NCBI GenBank assembly: GCA_016906335.1
Contig: JADEYG010000015.1
Span: 682,001 to 746,000 of the forward strand
Direction: 5' to 3'
From: Novakomyces olei
Lineage: Eukaryota
Length of the DNA stretch: 64,000 bases
The stretch's first letter is position 1, and every line of letters begins with the position of its first letter. Below are positions 1-13,214 of the stretch, piece after piece. The notes beneath the pieces were generated by a model. It was not told where the DNA came from. It did no database searches and worked only from the letters and a program-made list of their open reading frames with translations. The position numbers and the translations under genes were made by a program.

Positions 1-83
1 ATTTAATGAATTGAATAAATTTTGGAAATAAAAATTACTAAAGCTCAGGGTCATAAATTTTCGGGAAATGTAATCGTTAATAG

Positions 84-270
84 GTCGCCCTTCCTTCAAG
101 CTTCCTCGGATGAAATCGTTGGATGGAACGCGGGACAGGGTGAATCTATTTGGCTCGGACTCGTGCAGCCTATACATATCCCGACAATAGTAGACGAGAC
201 GATTATAAAGGGGCGGGCTATACCGTCCCTTCTTCGCGGGGGTCGGGCAGGTACCGGGCTATCGTGGTGA
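84..270 (+). CDS. Last exon of an Apd1/Aim32-family (sucrase/ferredoxin-like, thioredoxin-fold 2Fe-2S) protein; gene enters from left of window
   Basis: Acceptor ttaatAG at 82-83. The exon encodes IWLGLVQP...IVDETIIKGR...LLRGG...GLSW*, which matches the recalled C-terminus of fungal Apd1 (IWLGRV.P...IV..TI.KG...LRGG...GL.SW*). Confidence 0.65.
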
Positions 271-730
271 ATTGGCACTGGTATAGATATTTAGAGTGTG
301 CACATTAATGTAGTATATAGGTGAGCCAACACGTTCACATACTTGTAGCGAAAAGACTTGGAAATTTGGCGCTTATTGAAATTCTGGAAAACTAATAAGG
401 ATGCGTATTACATGAGAGAAAATATGCATTGAGAAAATATAGAAGTTGGAATAGCTGCTTCATGTTGAACAAAACGCGTAAATGAAAGATTTCCAATGGA
501 AATCTTACGTCAGAGTCAACTCTTTTTAGCCTCCGTTAAGTTTCTGCCCAACGATTTGTCTGCAGAGACTAAACTAAGCATTGTGATTTAGGTAGTAGGC
601 AAAAATCGAAATAAGTTTTGTGCGACATCAATACCTCTCTGTCCCCAAGACGTCCCCAACCCTTTACCATCCACTGTTCTCATTAAACTTTTGATCGATG
701 GATATTCTAGTACCAAACGTTTCGGCTTAT

Positions 731-1537
731 TCACACTTTTTTAAATTTGTACCGAAACTGTTCAAGGGCGGCAATGGATTTCCGACCGTCTATAACTTGC
801 CGGCACGACTCGCCCACAATAACAAGAGCCAAAGGTACTGTCCATGCTGACAGGGCCAGTATATACTCGACACGCTCATGTCGGACTTTGAGGTGCCCAA
901 GGCACACAACAGCCATGAGTAAAAGAACCATGGCCAGCAAAATGTTCAAGTAAGGCAAAAACTGGCGAATAGGCCCGGCCCCATAGCTTTTTTCACTCCC
1001 ACGTTCGAGGTAAAATACGACAAACAGATTTATTGTTATATTGCTCAAAGCCAAAAACGAGAGCTTTGCCTGAACTGCGAGAGGTAGTTCTCCGCATATT
1101 GTACGTACGAAAATAGGCCTTAATGCCGCCACAAACAATACAGAAATAATCGCCAATAACCACTTGATCATAATCAGTCGCTTGTTAAATTTCACAGTTC
1201 TACTTACCCTATTGCGGTGGTATTGCCGCTCATTCTGAGCCTTGAGCGTGGCGATTAAAGCTTCCTGCTCTGATTACTAGTAAGCAAGTGGAAGGATACC
1301 AGGATAGATTCGAGCTTTACATCTAAAAAAATTCAAAAATCAAATCAAAAAATAATTCAAAAATAATTCAAAAATAATTCAAAAATAATTCAAAAATAAA
1401 AATAAAAAAAAATTTAAAAAAAATGGAAATAGAAATTAAAAGAAAAGCCTACCATTCTCGTCTAGCAGTGTTTCCTCTGTGGTTTCCGGGCCGCTGGCAG
1501 ATTCGACGTGAGCTCTTGCGCGCAAAAAGCTCCGCAT
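731..1537 (-). CDS. Small multi-pass membrane protein, conserved hypothetical (3 exons)
   Basis: ATG 1537; introns about 1271-1451 (GTAGGC..CAG) and 1163-1207 (GTAAGT..AAG). Spliced protein is MRSFLRA...LLDENEQEALIATLKAQNERQ, then about 4 hydrophobic helices, ending LEQFRYKFKKV* (dilysine-like tail). Confidence 0.7.
1349..1400. repeat. 11-bp tandem repeat (AAAAATAATTC)x4 within intron
   Basis: Directly visible. Confidence 0.85.
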
Positions 1538-1812
1538 CCCAAACCTTTAATCATCAATCAATGTACGTAGTATGTGCGAATATTACATATTATTCGTGCC
1601 GTAAGCTTTTCCAAAGTCGATCATATATAATATTACAAGATTATACAATTATATATTATAGAATTTTATGATAAAATAAAAATAAATTAAAAATAAAAGT
1701 AAATATATATTCTATAGCGATAAACACAGCGATAGTCGCGTATATTATAATAGGCAGTCCTTTAACATCGCAGTCGGTTTTATATGGCAAAAGAAATGTA
1801 CGGCCTCCACGA

Positions 1813-4800
1813 ATGAAAGGCTGGATATCGACACGGGTGGAGGCGCCGTTTGTGAATCACGCATTTGTTGGAGGCTTCAGCTATGACGCTTCGCGAAAGT
1901 GGTACTTTCCGCTGAAATGTAAGCTTCAATGCCGTTTATACGTAAATTGCTATTGTCTCCGCGTCACTCATTGGCTGCCTTTGTACTGTATACTTATCAT
2001 CCCAGCTGCCGGAGCGCACACGCAATTGACGCCGACCGGGTACGCATTCCCTTTGAGCGATACTGCCGCCGATCTTCCGCGGGATTTCGCTGCAATCTCA
2101 CGCAGGAAGGAACTGGTACGTCTGCTGATAATGCCGTGATTTATTCGTTGTTTCAAATATTTATACGTTTCAGCCCTGTTTTGTCGCTTGAATCCTTTAC
2201 CGTTTATCGGGCGTCAATTTATCCACTGATATTTGCGTCATTTAAACTGTGTTTCTTGTTGCTCGGGCTCGTGTGTGATATTAATCATAGACATCTTCGT
2301 TTTTCGAAGACCACAGCTTCGGTATCAAAGTGCCTTATGGCACTTTGGGCGAGCTCACGGAAGACTTGCAAAAGTACCATCAACTGTTAACCAGAATTTG
2401 GGAGAATCGCAAGCATGTGGACAGTTTTACTGCCCCTTCAATCTACGGCGGCAAGACGTTACAAGTCGCGGTGCACGTGGAAGGATTTGTGGATGAAACT
2501 GGAGACCGCCATCGTCTCGTTTTGTCTCTGTTTGACACAAACACTACCTTTGCCAACGTTGATAACAATGGCGTTCAGGAGAATGCGAAATACAATTTGC
2601 CCAGCCCAGATTCGAGGCGTGACTGTTGTAAAGTCATAGACGAGGGTTTATACATTATTCAAACACGATTCAGTTGTGACCATCGGTCGTTGTACGTACT
2701 TACACAGAGCTGTATCATAGTATATTCGCTGCATTGGTCCTTTCAATCAGAAAAGACACAGTACGATGCAGAGACTAGTGGAGGCAGTGCTCCAGATACA
2801 CATTCACCGACTAATGGAGATAGCTTGAAGGCGCAGGTGAAGGATCCCCGGTCCTCTGCCATGGTAGATTTGGTCCCAATCAGTCGCATATACAGTCTTT
2901 CTGGAGAGCATATGGTCCATGTTTGTCCAAGTCCTTACCGGGATGATGAAGTGGTAGCCATTGATGCTAATGGGCTATTCACGGTCTACAGGGTAGTCGA
3001 GAACAGCAGGCCTCTGCATGACTTGGAAACCGACTCGCCACTGGCAATTACTACAAACGCCGAACTTATTTGTCATGGCAGCGTCGCGTATCACCATAAA
3101 TACTTGCTACCACGCGTTTTTTTTGGAGTACATGACTCTCAGATACTTGTTCCCTTTGAAGACAAGCTTTTGGCCTTTGAGGTACCAAGAAACGAGTCTT
3201 GTGATCAGGTTGTTGCGGGTCCGCAAAGACGGGGACTAGAACGCTCAAATGAAACTGAAGTAAACGACAAAGATTGCCAAAGGGCTTTGGCACCGAAACT
3301 GTTTCATCGAGCTCGCGGCTCAGCAATGGTTCTTGAAGTTTGTGTCGATATAAAGTATGGGCGTTTGTACGTATTGACTCGGCACGATATTGAAATTATT
3401 AATCCCGAAAATGGTTCTTTTCCTATGCTGTGCATTGCGCACCACAGGGAGGAGCCGTGGCTTTTTCTACAATGTGCTTTTAGCACAGAGTCAGGTTAGT
3501 TGAAAATGGTGTCCGAGATATCAGTACAGACATTAGCATATTTATTTTTTTACTGCTTATTTATTTATTTGTTTATTTCTATTTATAATGTCGATTTGAA
3601 AACAGCTAACACAAACAGAGAGTGCCTTAACTTTATCCTCAAATTCGACGTTTATCGCAACAATGTATACAGTTTTATGGCAAGATTATGTGTACACCAT
3701 GCCACCGTGTCTCATACCCTTTAATGCCGGAAAACCGGTTAGGAATCTGTGTGTTTTACCCTGCACAATGGCCGAGACTGAAGCAACAGCAGTCGGTGCA
3801 CTGTTAACGGTTATTGCGTGGGTAGGAAGTAATTTGCTATGCAAAGTCTTCTCCTTGCGGCACTTAACCTCCTCTTTAGAGCTTGAACCGTCTCTAGAGT
3901 TCGGTCGTTTGGACCATGAAAAGAGGATGAATGGGCAGGAGACCGATTCTGTTACTGGACAAGAAGGCTCGCAAATACCGCTGATTCGATCCGAGTATAA
4001 AGGTGTGAATATTAGCCTGGTCTACTCTTCTTCTCGCATCGAAAGATATGTCTTCCCAGACTTTCCTAGTAAAATGTCACGGGCATGTTTGCTCAGCATA
4101 ATTAAAGCTGCTACAAGTCAAGCAACAAAACAAAGTGGTTACGATTTTTCACTGCTAGATTTCGTATCACCGCTATCCTTTGAAAAGGAAACCGTAATTC
4201 CAGCATTCAAACAGGCTTCGCTCGAATCAGAACTTTTGTTTTCCACGCGTGGCCATCGTAAAAGTATTGCTGGTATGGCTTTTATGGAGGAAATTGACCC
4301 TGAAGCTTTGGAGCACCAACTGTCTTCATCCTGGTCCGTAGCTGACACTGATTTTGCACCGGATGAGAACGACCTGGACTTTGTTGCAAGTGCACATACT
4401 TTGCAAAGCTTGTGTGTAGACAGTCTGGAAAAGTTTGGAGTCAAGCTTGAGCTAAACAGTCTGGCCGAGAAAATGCAAACAGAGACGGTAAACATGATTC
4501 TGGAGACGTTTGATACGAGCTACGATGAGTGGCGATTACAAGAAGAAGAGCTGCAAAAGCAGCAATTGGCTTTGAGTCAGCCGATATTTGACGAAGCTGC
4601 ATTGTCCAGCCAAAGGCTTCCTCCAGAGATTCTCAGTCTCTCACAGATAGATCACGCTGCAGATGATGGTGATGGTAACGATGAGGTTCGGGATACACCA
4701 GCGCAGACGAGCCGTAAACGTCGTAGGCGATCGAGTTCAAATGAGATTGATTCGCCTCGTCTGTCTTTTGCTTCGTCGCAGCCTGTTCCAGGCCGATTCT

Positions 4801-4847
4801 CTGCAAGTTTCAGGCGTGGAACACCAAAACGTCGAGCCGGTTTCTGA
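1813..4847 (+). CDS. RRN6: RNA polymerase I core factor subunit Rrn6 (TAF1C-like), 4 exons
   Basis: Introns 1919-2005, 2116-2290 and 3494-3618 join the ORFs in frame. Beta-propeller-like middle region; C-terminus SQPVPGRF...KRRAGF* is typical of fungal Rrn6. Confidence 0.7.
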
Positions 4848-4923
4848 ATATAAATATAAATATAAATATATATCCAATTCCTCCCGCACTCGCTCATAGC
4901 ACCAGTAAATCATTGCCCAAAGT

Positions 4924-5182
4924 TCAAGTCTCGCGTAATTTTGCTACAATTTCCTAGTACTCTGTCAAAACTATGTGCCTGAAACGACTTACTGCCAATG
5001 CTTCTGGGTCCACGCCCCGTTCGATCAATGTTACGCAAAGCGATAGCGCGTGTTTATCAAGTCCCGTCTTGAGCAGATTTGATATCTCGAATAAAGCTGT
5101 CTGTGTAAGCAGCGCATGTAGCGAGCAAACAATTACCATCAACTGCCTCATTAGCATCGTCGCGTGCAGTTTGCTCCGACAT
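4924..5182 (-). CDS. MZT1: Mitotic spindle organizing protein 1 (MOZART1, gamma-tubulin complex), 3 exons
   Basis: Spliced: MSEQTARDDANEAVDALFEISNLLKTGLDKHALSLCVTLIERGVDPEALAEIVAKLRET*. Two short GT-AG introns. Confidence 0.9.
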
Positions 5183-5307
5183 GGCAAAGGGCGTCGACTG
5201 TGGTTTGTGAATAAACACAGCAGCAGCAGTTTATATATTTTGTATAGTGTTTTGTATATTTTCCCGTAATATAGTAGAACAAAAGTTTAGCGCGTACATT
5301 CAATTTG

Positions 5308-5390
5308 TTATTTATTATTTATTATTTATTATTTATTATTTATTATTTATTATTTATTATTTATTATTTATTATTTATTATTTATTTATT
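5308..5390. repeat. (TTATTTA)n heptamer microsatellite in the Mzt1/Ppn1 divergent promoter
   Basis: Directly visible, about 11 copies. Confidence 0.9.
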
Positions 5391-5668
5391 GTTCACTTTA
5401 TTACTTTTATGCAGATGGGTTATACAGTGGAATAATACAGAGAATAATGCGGGTGAGCCGGCGTAGATCCTATCCCGAATATTGTGCGTGGAAGGTCGGC
5501 CGCTATTATAATAGAGATAGTGTAATATAGACATACTGTATATAGATAATAGAGGTTAAATAGACTGCCATCCAAAGCATGCGACTCGTGAAATCAGAGC
5601 CGACTGGAAGCAGAGACGACTAAAAAACCAAAAGCAAACCGGCAAAGCCATTAATTCAATGCTTTAGT

Positions 5669-7861
5669 ATGGCGACTGCGATTCAACGGGAGCGGCCGCG
5701 TTTTTACTGGCCGCCAATGTTTTTCGCTTTATCGCTGCTTCTGCTGCTGTTTCCCACTGCATGTCTCAGCCAGCTCAGCGGATCGCCGGAGCAGCCGATC
5801 GCCGGCGGAGCAAGGCAGAGGTCTTTGTCCGGCCGCATTCTGCACATTACCGACTTTCATCCCGACAAATTCTACGCTCCCTTTTCCCTGGTACAGGACG
5901 TTTGCCACAATACGACTCGGCGACCTCCGAAATTTGTGGATAGCAAAGACGAGAGCCTCAATGGCAGTGGCAATGGCGATGACGACGAGGGCCAAACTAC
6001 AGGTTTCTGGGCGCCTCCGCCTGGAAGCTCGTGCGATGCTCCCGCCTGGCTGGCGGAGCAGGCTGTGCTGGATATTCGCAGGCGAGTGGATAACGGCACT
6101 TTTGCACCCTTTGATTTTATAATGTGGACGGGCGATTCCGTGCGGCACGATCGTGACACTCAGCATCCTCGCCTTGTGCAGGAGATTCTCCATTTCAATG
6201 GCTGGCTGCTGCAGGTACTGCAGGCAGCTTTCCCCTCGACGCCTATTGTCGTAAGCCTCGGGAACAACGACGTGTTCCCGCACAATATTTTTGCCGCAGG
6301 ACCCTCCAAGCTGACAATGGCACTGACTCGGGTGTACCGTGGCATTATCCCGGACGATCAAGTGCACATCTCTGAACTGGGCGGCTTTTACTGGCGTGAA
6401 GTTGTTCCAAATGCTCTGGCGGCAATTAATTTGAATACTCTTTATTTTTACAATAGCAATTCTGCTGTGGACGGCTGCCACCTCAACGACGCTAGTGATC
6501 CAGGCTCTCAGCAACTAAACTGGCTCGCTGCCCAGTTACGCGTCCTGCGTGACCGACGAATGAAAGCCTGGATCTTGGGTCACGTGGCGGCTATTGAGAA
6601 GGACTGGTACCCGGACTGCCTGGGCCGGTATGCCAGACTCGTGCTCGAGTTTCGTGACGTCATTGTCGGCCAAGTGTATGGGCACATGAACACGGACCAT
6701 TTCTTTTTCATTCAGCAGGACGACGATTTAATCGAGCGGGGAATGTCGTCTGTACAACATTTGGACAGTTGTCCCTTACGGCAAGAGCGTACTCGACCCG
6801 AACATGAGGAGCAGAGCGATGAGAATGATCCGCCACTGGCCAATCTCCTTGGCCAGCCGGTGCGGGCAAAAGTGGGTGCTTCTTACTTTGACAATCTGCG
6901 GGACTCTTACCGGAGTATACCAAAAGTGCCTCCGCCCGCATTGACTTTGCCCTACAATATCGGGTCATGGCGAGATAGATTGGCTCGGATTTTGCAGGAG
7001 ACTTTTCCCCTGTTCCCTACAAGCAAAAGGTACAAGCGACCGAAAACAAGGGATGAAGTTGTTCGGCAGTACGCGGTGGGATGGGTCAGTCCCAGCGTGG
7101 TACCCGTGTACTATCCCACTTTTCGAATAATCGAGTACGAGACAGAGGATACGGGAACCGTTGCCGATTCGGAAACGGGCGTTGGTCCAGTTGCAGATTC
7201 TGAGCAACACGATGGGGCTGAGATTGACGGGCAAAAGAATAAAGGGCAAAAGAAAAATAAAGGGCAAAAGAAAAATAAAGGGCAAAAGAATAAAAAGGGT
7301 AAAAAGAATAAAAAAGGTAAAAACCGCAAAGGACGTCCACAGCCTCCAAGGCTTCCAAAGATCGATTACGGCCCACCTGGCCCTGCCTATGAACGGCAGA
7401 AATTCACGCCATTAGCTATTACACAATACTATTTCAATACTACAGCGTTTGGCTTGGACAGACGGCAAGATTATGTTGAGCGCAATGGTCTGCCTTGGTC
7501 AGTGTTTTACGATACAAGGGAAGCTCCGGCGTTTCTGCCCGACCTTACTGTTCCCTCTCTTATGCGTTACGCTAGGCAGATGGCTGGTAAAGAGCCTATC
7601 ACCCGTGATCGGACGGGGTCTATCCCCGTCTCTAACGCCACAAGGATTTGGCTCGAGCGAAATGGGCTAAAGTACAATGACGCTTTTGGCGGCAGTCACA
7701 GTGACGGAGGTTTCGATCATGACGGAGCTTACAGTCAGGGTTCGCGGCAAGCGTACATATCCAAAGAAAAGGGGAAAAAAAGGTCTTGGGAGAAGGAGTG
7801 TGATCGGTTGTGGGATGAGTACAGATTCAAGGCGTATGTGGGGTGTGAGGACAGTCGGTGA
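5669..7861 (+). CDS. PPN1: Vacuolar endopolyphosphatase (calcineurin-like metallophosphoesterase)
   Basis: N-terminal TM segment; motifs LHITDFHPD, WTGDSVRHD, GNNDVFPHN, ILGHV, GHMNTDHF, SPSVVP.Y.PT.R; Lys-rich insert. Confidence 0.9.
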   Translation: MATAIQRERPRFYWPPMFFALSLLLLLFPTACLSQLSGSPEQPIAGGARQRSLSGRILHITDFHPDKFYAPFSLVQDVCHNTTRRPPKFVDSKDESLNGSGNGDDDEGQTTGFWAPPPGSSCDAPAWLAEQAVLDIRRRVDNGTFAPFDFIMWTGDSVRHDRDTQHPRLVQEILHFNGWLLQVLQAAFPSTPIVVSLGNNDVFPHNIFAAGPSKLTMALTRVYRGIIPDDQVHISELGGFYWREVVPNALAAINLNTLYFYNSNSAVDGCHLNDASDPGSQQLNWLAAQLRVLRDRRMKAWILGHVAAIEKDWYPDCLGRYARLVLEFRDVIVGQVYGHMNTDHFFFIQQDDDLIERGMSSVQHLDSCPLRQERTRPEHEEQSDENDPPLANLLGQPVRAKVGASYFDNLRDSYRSIPKVPPPALTLPYNIGSWRDRLARILQETFPLFPTSKRYKRPKTRDEVVRQYAVGWVSPSVVPVYYPTFRIIEYETEDTGTVADSETGVGPVADSEQHDGAEIDGQKNKGQKKNKGQKKNKGQKNKKGKKNKKGKNRKGRPQPPRLPKIDYGPPGPAYERQKFTPLAITQYYFNTTAFGLDRRQDYVERNGLPWSVFYDTREAPAFLPDLTVPSLMRYARQMAGKEPITRDRTGSIPVSNATRIWLERNGLKYNDAFGGSHSDGGFDHDGAYSQGSRQAYISKEKGKKRSWEKECDRLWDEYRFKAYVGCEDSR

Positions 7862-8167
7862 TTGGTCTTTGAGCGTACGATCAACACGTGAACAAGCTTG
7901 TGAAAACTTATTGCATTTTATACATTATTCGTCGACTGTTTCAAAATGTGTATTTGTATTACTGTTTATATACTTTAAATTTGACTATATGGTGTCGTCT
8001 TGGTTTTTATTATACGCCGTTTTGTCGCGTATATTATTATATACATAACATGCGTTTCAACCACAGAGTCTCTATAGGTTGCGCATTAGCTTATTTCACC
8101 GATATTCCAATTGATCAATGTATCGTCCTTTCATGATAACAGTTCATAAAGTCGTTAAGCCCGTTGT

Positions 8168-11075
8168 CTATTCCTCTTCTTGCTCAACATCAGCGACTGA
8201 GCTCGTTTCAAGCTGCTTTCTATACATTGCCGCAAGCTCTTCAGCGGTAGTCGCCTCCTCGATAGACTTGTCCGATCGTACTCGCATAAACCGGGGGAAC
8301 CGAATAGAAAGGCCACGCTCGTCTGAGACTTGGCCAACTGCTGCTCGGTACACTGGCGAAAGTGTAATATCAGCGCCCCGAATCTCCCATACCTCTCTCG
8401 GCTCAAACCATACTGCGAATTAGGATATATAAGCTAGAGAAAAAGAAGGGAAAAATAAACGAAAAAAGAAGGGGAAAAAGGACATATATATATATATATA
8501 AATCAACAACAAATAAATTCAAACAGCACGCAAAATGAAACCCAGAAAATTAAAAACAGACCATCTGGTACGAGAGCACTATCGACAAAACTGCTCATTG
8601 GCGATTTACTGCAAAATCCACTTTCGAGGCTATATCGCACGTTAAGATCCTTGTAAAAGGCATCAGTAAACCCGGATATGCATTTGCAAACTGCCTGTAA
8701 GCTGCCGTCCTCTTCGTTGCGGATAGCAAGAAGTATTGGTGAGTACCAGCCTGCTTTTCTCCCCATTCCTATATTGCATTATTAGGATACATTGTATAAT
8801 TGAGACTTGATAGAGGTGAAGAAAGGGAGAGAGTAGAAACTTACCGTACCATGCACCGATGGGTACTAGATCCAGTGAGTCGGAGCCTTTATCATAGTCT
8901 TTCTTGACCTTTAGCCAACCATCGGCTCTGATATCGGGCTGATAAGTAGCTAGTAGCGGCTTTTTCCTAGTCTTCTCAATTACATCACCGTTATCGAGGG
9001 TCTTCACCATAATTCCTTCACATTTCTGGTCAATTGCTGCCTTCAAAAACTGCCCGATTTCGTCTTGGTCATCGGTGTCTATACTCGATACAAACGCGAA
9101 TCGATTCGTAACAATAGGGAAAAGTGATCGAAGAAGATCGCGTCGGTCTCGGAAAGGTCTCTCTAATAGTTGCTGGATTGTCGTTTTAGTATTAAATAAT
9201 AGCTATAATGATAATAATATTATTTAATAATAAAGCATAAATTATGATAATATTTGAAAACAATTAAATGGTGTAGACTAACAAAAACAAGCCAAATGCT
9301 ATTTACCTCTCCATTCAAATACATCAAGTCAAAAGCGAATATGCACACATTGATCTTAACATTGGCAATTTCCACGTCCTTTCGAGCACGGCCTGAAAGC
9401 GTTTGAAAACTGGATATAATTAGTAATAATACAATTAGCAGTATACGTTTTTAATGCTCCACTTTTGTCCACGGCAACAACCTCGCCTAATCGTTAGCAA
9501 ACACGATGTTCATTGTCGATAAAGCGGCATACCCTCAATAATGAATGAATTCACGTCCCCCGACCTCATTTGTGGTACCAGCTCTATAAGATCCGGGTAC
9601 TTTGATGTCATATCCTCGAGATGCCTAGAGAATATTCTTACATTTCCCTCAGAATCACAGTGTATCTGGGCCCTCTGACCATCATACTTAAACTCACACG
9701 TAAACTGTCTCTTGTCAAGCCTTCCCAACATATCTGAAATATCACGCGTAATAATCCCAAGCATAGGTTTTACAGGGACCCCCACACAGACTTGGAAATG
9801 AGCCGCAAGCGATTCGACTCCATAAGCGAGTAAAGCGGGCACAATATCATTATAATTAGGTCGGCGAGCAAAACAGTATTTTACCACTGCTTCCATTTGT
9901 TTAAATGTTTCCTTGGCATTACCAATTGCTGGCAGTGGCCAATCAACATCTTTTGGTTTTGTGAGTGTGAATGCTCTTGAAAGAGCAATTAGCATTGTAG
10001 TTTTCACCGCCCCAATGCGTAACTAGAATTAGATTGTAAAACAGAAAAAAAAAATTAATCAGGTTGATGTAAAATGAAATTGAAACATAAAACTAAAATT
10101 AAGACCAAATGAACAAATAAGCATGCAAATCATACTCACATGCTGGAGTAGTGTGCGGGCCATATAGCGCACTTGCTCGCCTTTGCAAGACATTAAAAGC
10201 CTCTCCACTAATCTTTGCTTCTTTTCCTGTCCTCCTACTCCCTTTGTGTTTGCAATCTTGCAAAGTAAATCATAGACTTGAGCGATTGTTAATGGCTCTA
10301 TTTTCGCCAAAGTCCGAACGGATATTTGTGCTTGAAATGCCACATCACCAGGATCGCCGTACTTGTTCCATAAAGTTTTTAACGTTGGGTTAGAAATCCC
10401 GCTAACACTTTTCAAGGCGCGATGGAATATACTCGGTCCCAGACCTAGCTCGAGATCCTCGTAATTGGGAGCAATAGAGTTTGTAGTGAGCCATACTGCG
10501 GGCAATAATGATTCTGGATCGTTAAGGATAAGAGTCCGTAAAAAGTTTGTCAGTGTATCAACGATAGATATCCGCGATCGCGTAGAATTGACGAGGACAA
10601 AGCACTGAACTAAAAGCGCATATGTCGCACGGCCTTTAGAAAACGCAGTGCATTGTATTTTTGGATCAAACTTTAGTGGATCAGTATTAAAGGGTATTTC
10701 AGCCGGTAAGTCAGGCGAATCGTTGAGAGAAATTGTAGTCTTGCCCTGATCTGATTTCGTCTCTTTCAAGGGTGAGCTTTGATTTTGGCTTGATAGCTCT
10801 TCTTGTCGCTGCAGCTCGAGAGCAAATTTCCAGTCATTTTCTTCTTGACTCGAGCGGATATGATCCGTGTCTTCTGTAACGGCTGCCGGTCTTTTTTGCT
10901 CTGACTTTTGCTCTGACGTAATTGGCGGCTTATCTGAATTGTTACAGATTATAAATTGGTCCAGAGAACCATTACAGCGATCCACAATCCGGTTACTTTT
11001 AGCTGCAGTTTTGGAATTTGACCGAGGCGATTTCAAGTCTTGATCAAGTTTGACACGCTTTGTCGCTGGAGGCAT
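8168..11075 (-). CDS. ATP-dependent DNA ligase, ligase I paralog (Adl1-type), 7 exons
   Basis: Motifs CEFKYDGQRAQIH, EGEVVA, FAFDLMYLNG, CEGIMVK, WLKVKKDY, LDLVPIGAW.G.GRK and SIRFPRFMRVRSDK, joined across 6 GT-AG introns. Confidence 0.9.
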
Positions 11076-11244
11076 CGCGTTGTCGGCGCCTCTCGAGGCC
11101 TCTAATGTAATATGGGGAAGATAAAGCGTTAATCATTTATTTGTTTATCATTTATTTGTTAATTTATTCTTATTTTCATTTTCAGTAATGTTACGTACGA
11201 TCTGTCTGCGTTATGTTTCCAGGCACGTGATTATACGCATTTCA

Positions 11245-11341
11245 ACGCGTGTGACGAAATAGGTAATTTTCTTTGTTTAATTCGCTAAAGAGCCCTCTCA
11301 GGCAGAAGAATTATTACCGTTTTTACTGCTCTTCTACGCGT
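11245..11341. promoter_or_regulatory. Two MCB elements (ACGCGT) upstream of the DNA ligase
   Basis: ACGCGT at 11245-11250 and 11336-11341. MBF/G1-S control is inferred. Confidence 0.5.
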
Positions 11342-11932
11342 ATTTGCTACGGCGCATTGGAGTCCGCCTTCATGTGTTTTATGCATTTCTGATGTTTGAT
11401 TGAGGTGTGAATAGTTATAAAATACTCGAAGAAAGCGAGTATTCGCAAATGTACTAGTGTAAGGCAGCTATCCTATGTATAATAATATACTGGCGGTACT
11501 TTTCGGTACCAACATGCATTTCCATAGTTCATATCATAAATATGACGATTAATTCATACGATTAATAAATTTTTCTAATTTCTACCTCGACGACCTAGTT
11601 TGTTCCAAACGGCTTCAATTCAGGTCTGCCAATAAAACTTTGGGACTGTCATTGTGCAACAAGCATACCTTTTGCTTTAAAATTAGGGTTGCATAGGGCA
11701 AATTTTGAACAGTATCATCGACATACTGTGTTATCATGCTGTAATGCCAATCAGCGGTCAATACGTCAAACAGGCTTGAATGCATAATACTTCATTATAA
11801 TATATAGAATAAATACAAAATTGTTTTGTACATTGTAAAATTTATCTTTACACTCATCACAAGTGCAGAACGAGGCCAAACCATACACTAAAGCAGCATT
11901 TCAGTTGATTTGTAGGAGAAATCCATCCTGCA

Positions 11933-13214
11933 CTAGCCATCCAAGTTCCAGGCAAGAATCTTCTTCTTGACTTCTTCGAATATGGTGAAATTGAGCGAAT
12001 TAATAAGAGCGCTTCGCATAATGCTCACACTGGAAAGTTAGTAACGAGGTCAATTAGAATGTATAAGTACCCCACGCCTCTGTACATGGACTTTGAGAGC
12101 CATGTAAAGTCGCGTAGCTTTCGAGGTTTTCTGCTTGAGAGCATATCACGCTGAATAACCGATTTGGCTGTGTCTATTGGGAATACAAGGACCCATGAAA
12201 GTCCTCCGCAAAAGGCACCACTAACGGCATAAGCCCATGGCGGTGTTTCTTTACCGTGTGGGGAAAGCATTCTTTTTGTGTATTCGTATATGGAAAAGTA
12301 GAATGCTGTTCCTAAAGAATCACGTGCTATAAATTAGTATAATCACAAGTGACTTGTAGAAAAATAGAGATAGTTATGGACCATAATGAGGTGTGGTATG
12401 CGAAGTATGCCCCAAAACACGTTGGAAAAATCCAAATTAAAGACAATGCCAAAAATTAATATTGAAATGTAAATCTAAACTAAATTTCAAAAAGAAAAAG
12501 ACAAAAATGGCAGCGTTGTATTACCAACGTGATAAGAATAGCCCGAATACAATCCAAATATGCCGTGAGATTTAATTATGCTTCGCATAGCCTGTATAGA
12601 TCCCCGGGGTCTGTAATTTTCGGTCTTCAGGCCGCCAGTTGACTGAGCCACGAGCAAATCTAGTTGTGACGCGATTTTCGTCAGTTCAAACGGACAAAAC
12701 AAGGTGGCAATCTGGAAGTAAGAAGCGATGAAATAGCCATATAAAAATATATTTAATATTCACTTACCACGCTGCCAGCAACGAGACCAGAAACAAAGTA
12801 CGAAGGTATAGATACAAGGCGCTCCCTTTGCCGTGCAGGCAATGTAGGATGAAGAAATGCAAGAGACATCAGCTTTGCTCGATCATATATAGAAAATGAT
12901 ATAGTGCGAGCAATAGTCACCGATACCAGAGGTACAGTGACTCCACGAAAAAGACCCATTAATCCCTCTTGTGCGCGTGTAGCTCGAACACAGCTGAGAA
13001 TTGTGGGGTAATGAAAAGTTTGCATCCTCGTCTTGATCGAATCTAAGGGAAATCCCACAACAGTAGACACACAAGAGCTTAGGGCTGCCGCTGAGCTTGT
13101 GGAGTTTTTGTAAACGAACCACATGCTCGGGTGCATAGCCGGGTTAACGGTAACCTGAGCCGGCACTGCTGGCGCAATGCTTTCAACACCCTTGGGTGTG
13201 TCATTGTGCGGCAT
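11933..13214 (-). CDS. Mitochondrial carrier family (SLC25) protein, 4 exons
   Basis: Three PxD/ExxK signatures (PLDSIKTRMQ, PFELTKIASQ, PIDTAKSVIQ); 3 introns; stop at 11933-11935. Confidence 0.9.

Noticed and set aside
96..700. Minus-strand chain of apparent introns ending in a second split A|TG (343|277) and a 60-aa ORF
   Set aside because: It is antisense to the well-supported Apd1-like last exon, and an upstream putative exon has stops in all frames. Likely chance, or 3'UTR sequence.
1271..1323. GTATCCTTC U12-type donor and 23-nt microexon inside gene 731-1537 intron 1
   Set aside because: It would leave a ~30-nt intron with no U12 branch site and frameshift the protein.
5436..5444. 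TACAGAGAA (U6 ACAGAGA/METTL16 motif), also at about 44596
   Set aside because: No flanking U6 sequence or hairpin, and not in the SAM synthetase gene.
5729..6514. Long antisense ORFs (also 31074-31874, 42014-42712, 60262-61038)
   Set aside because: Shadows of real genes on the opposite strand.
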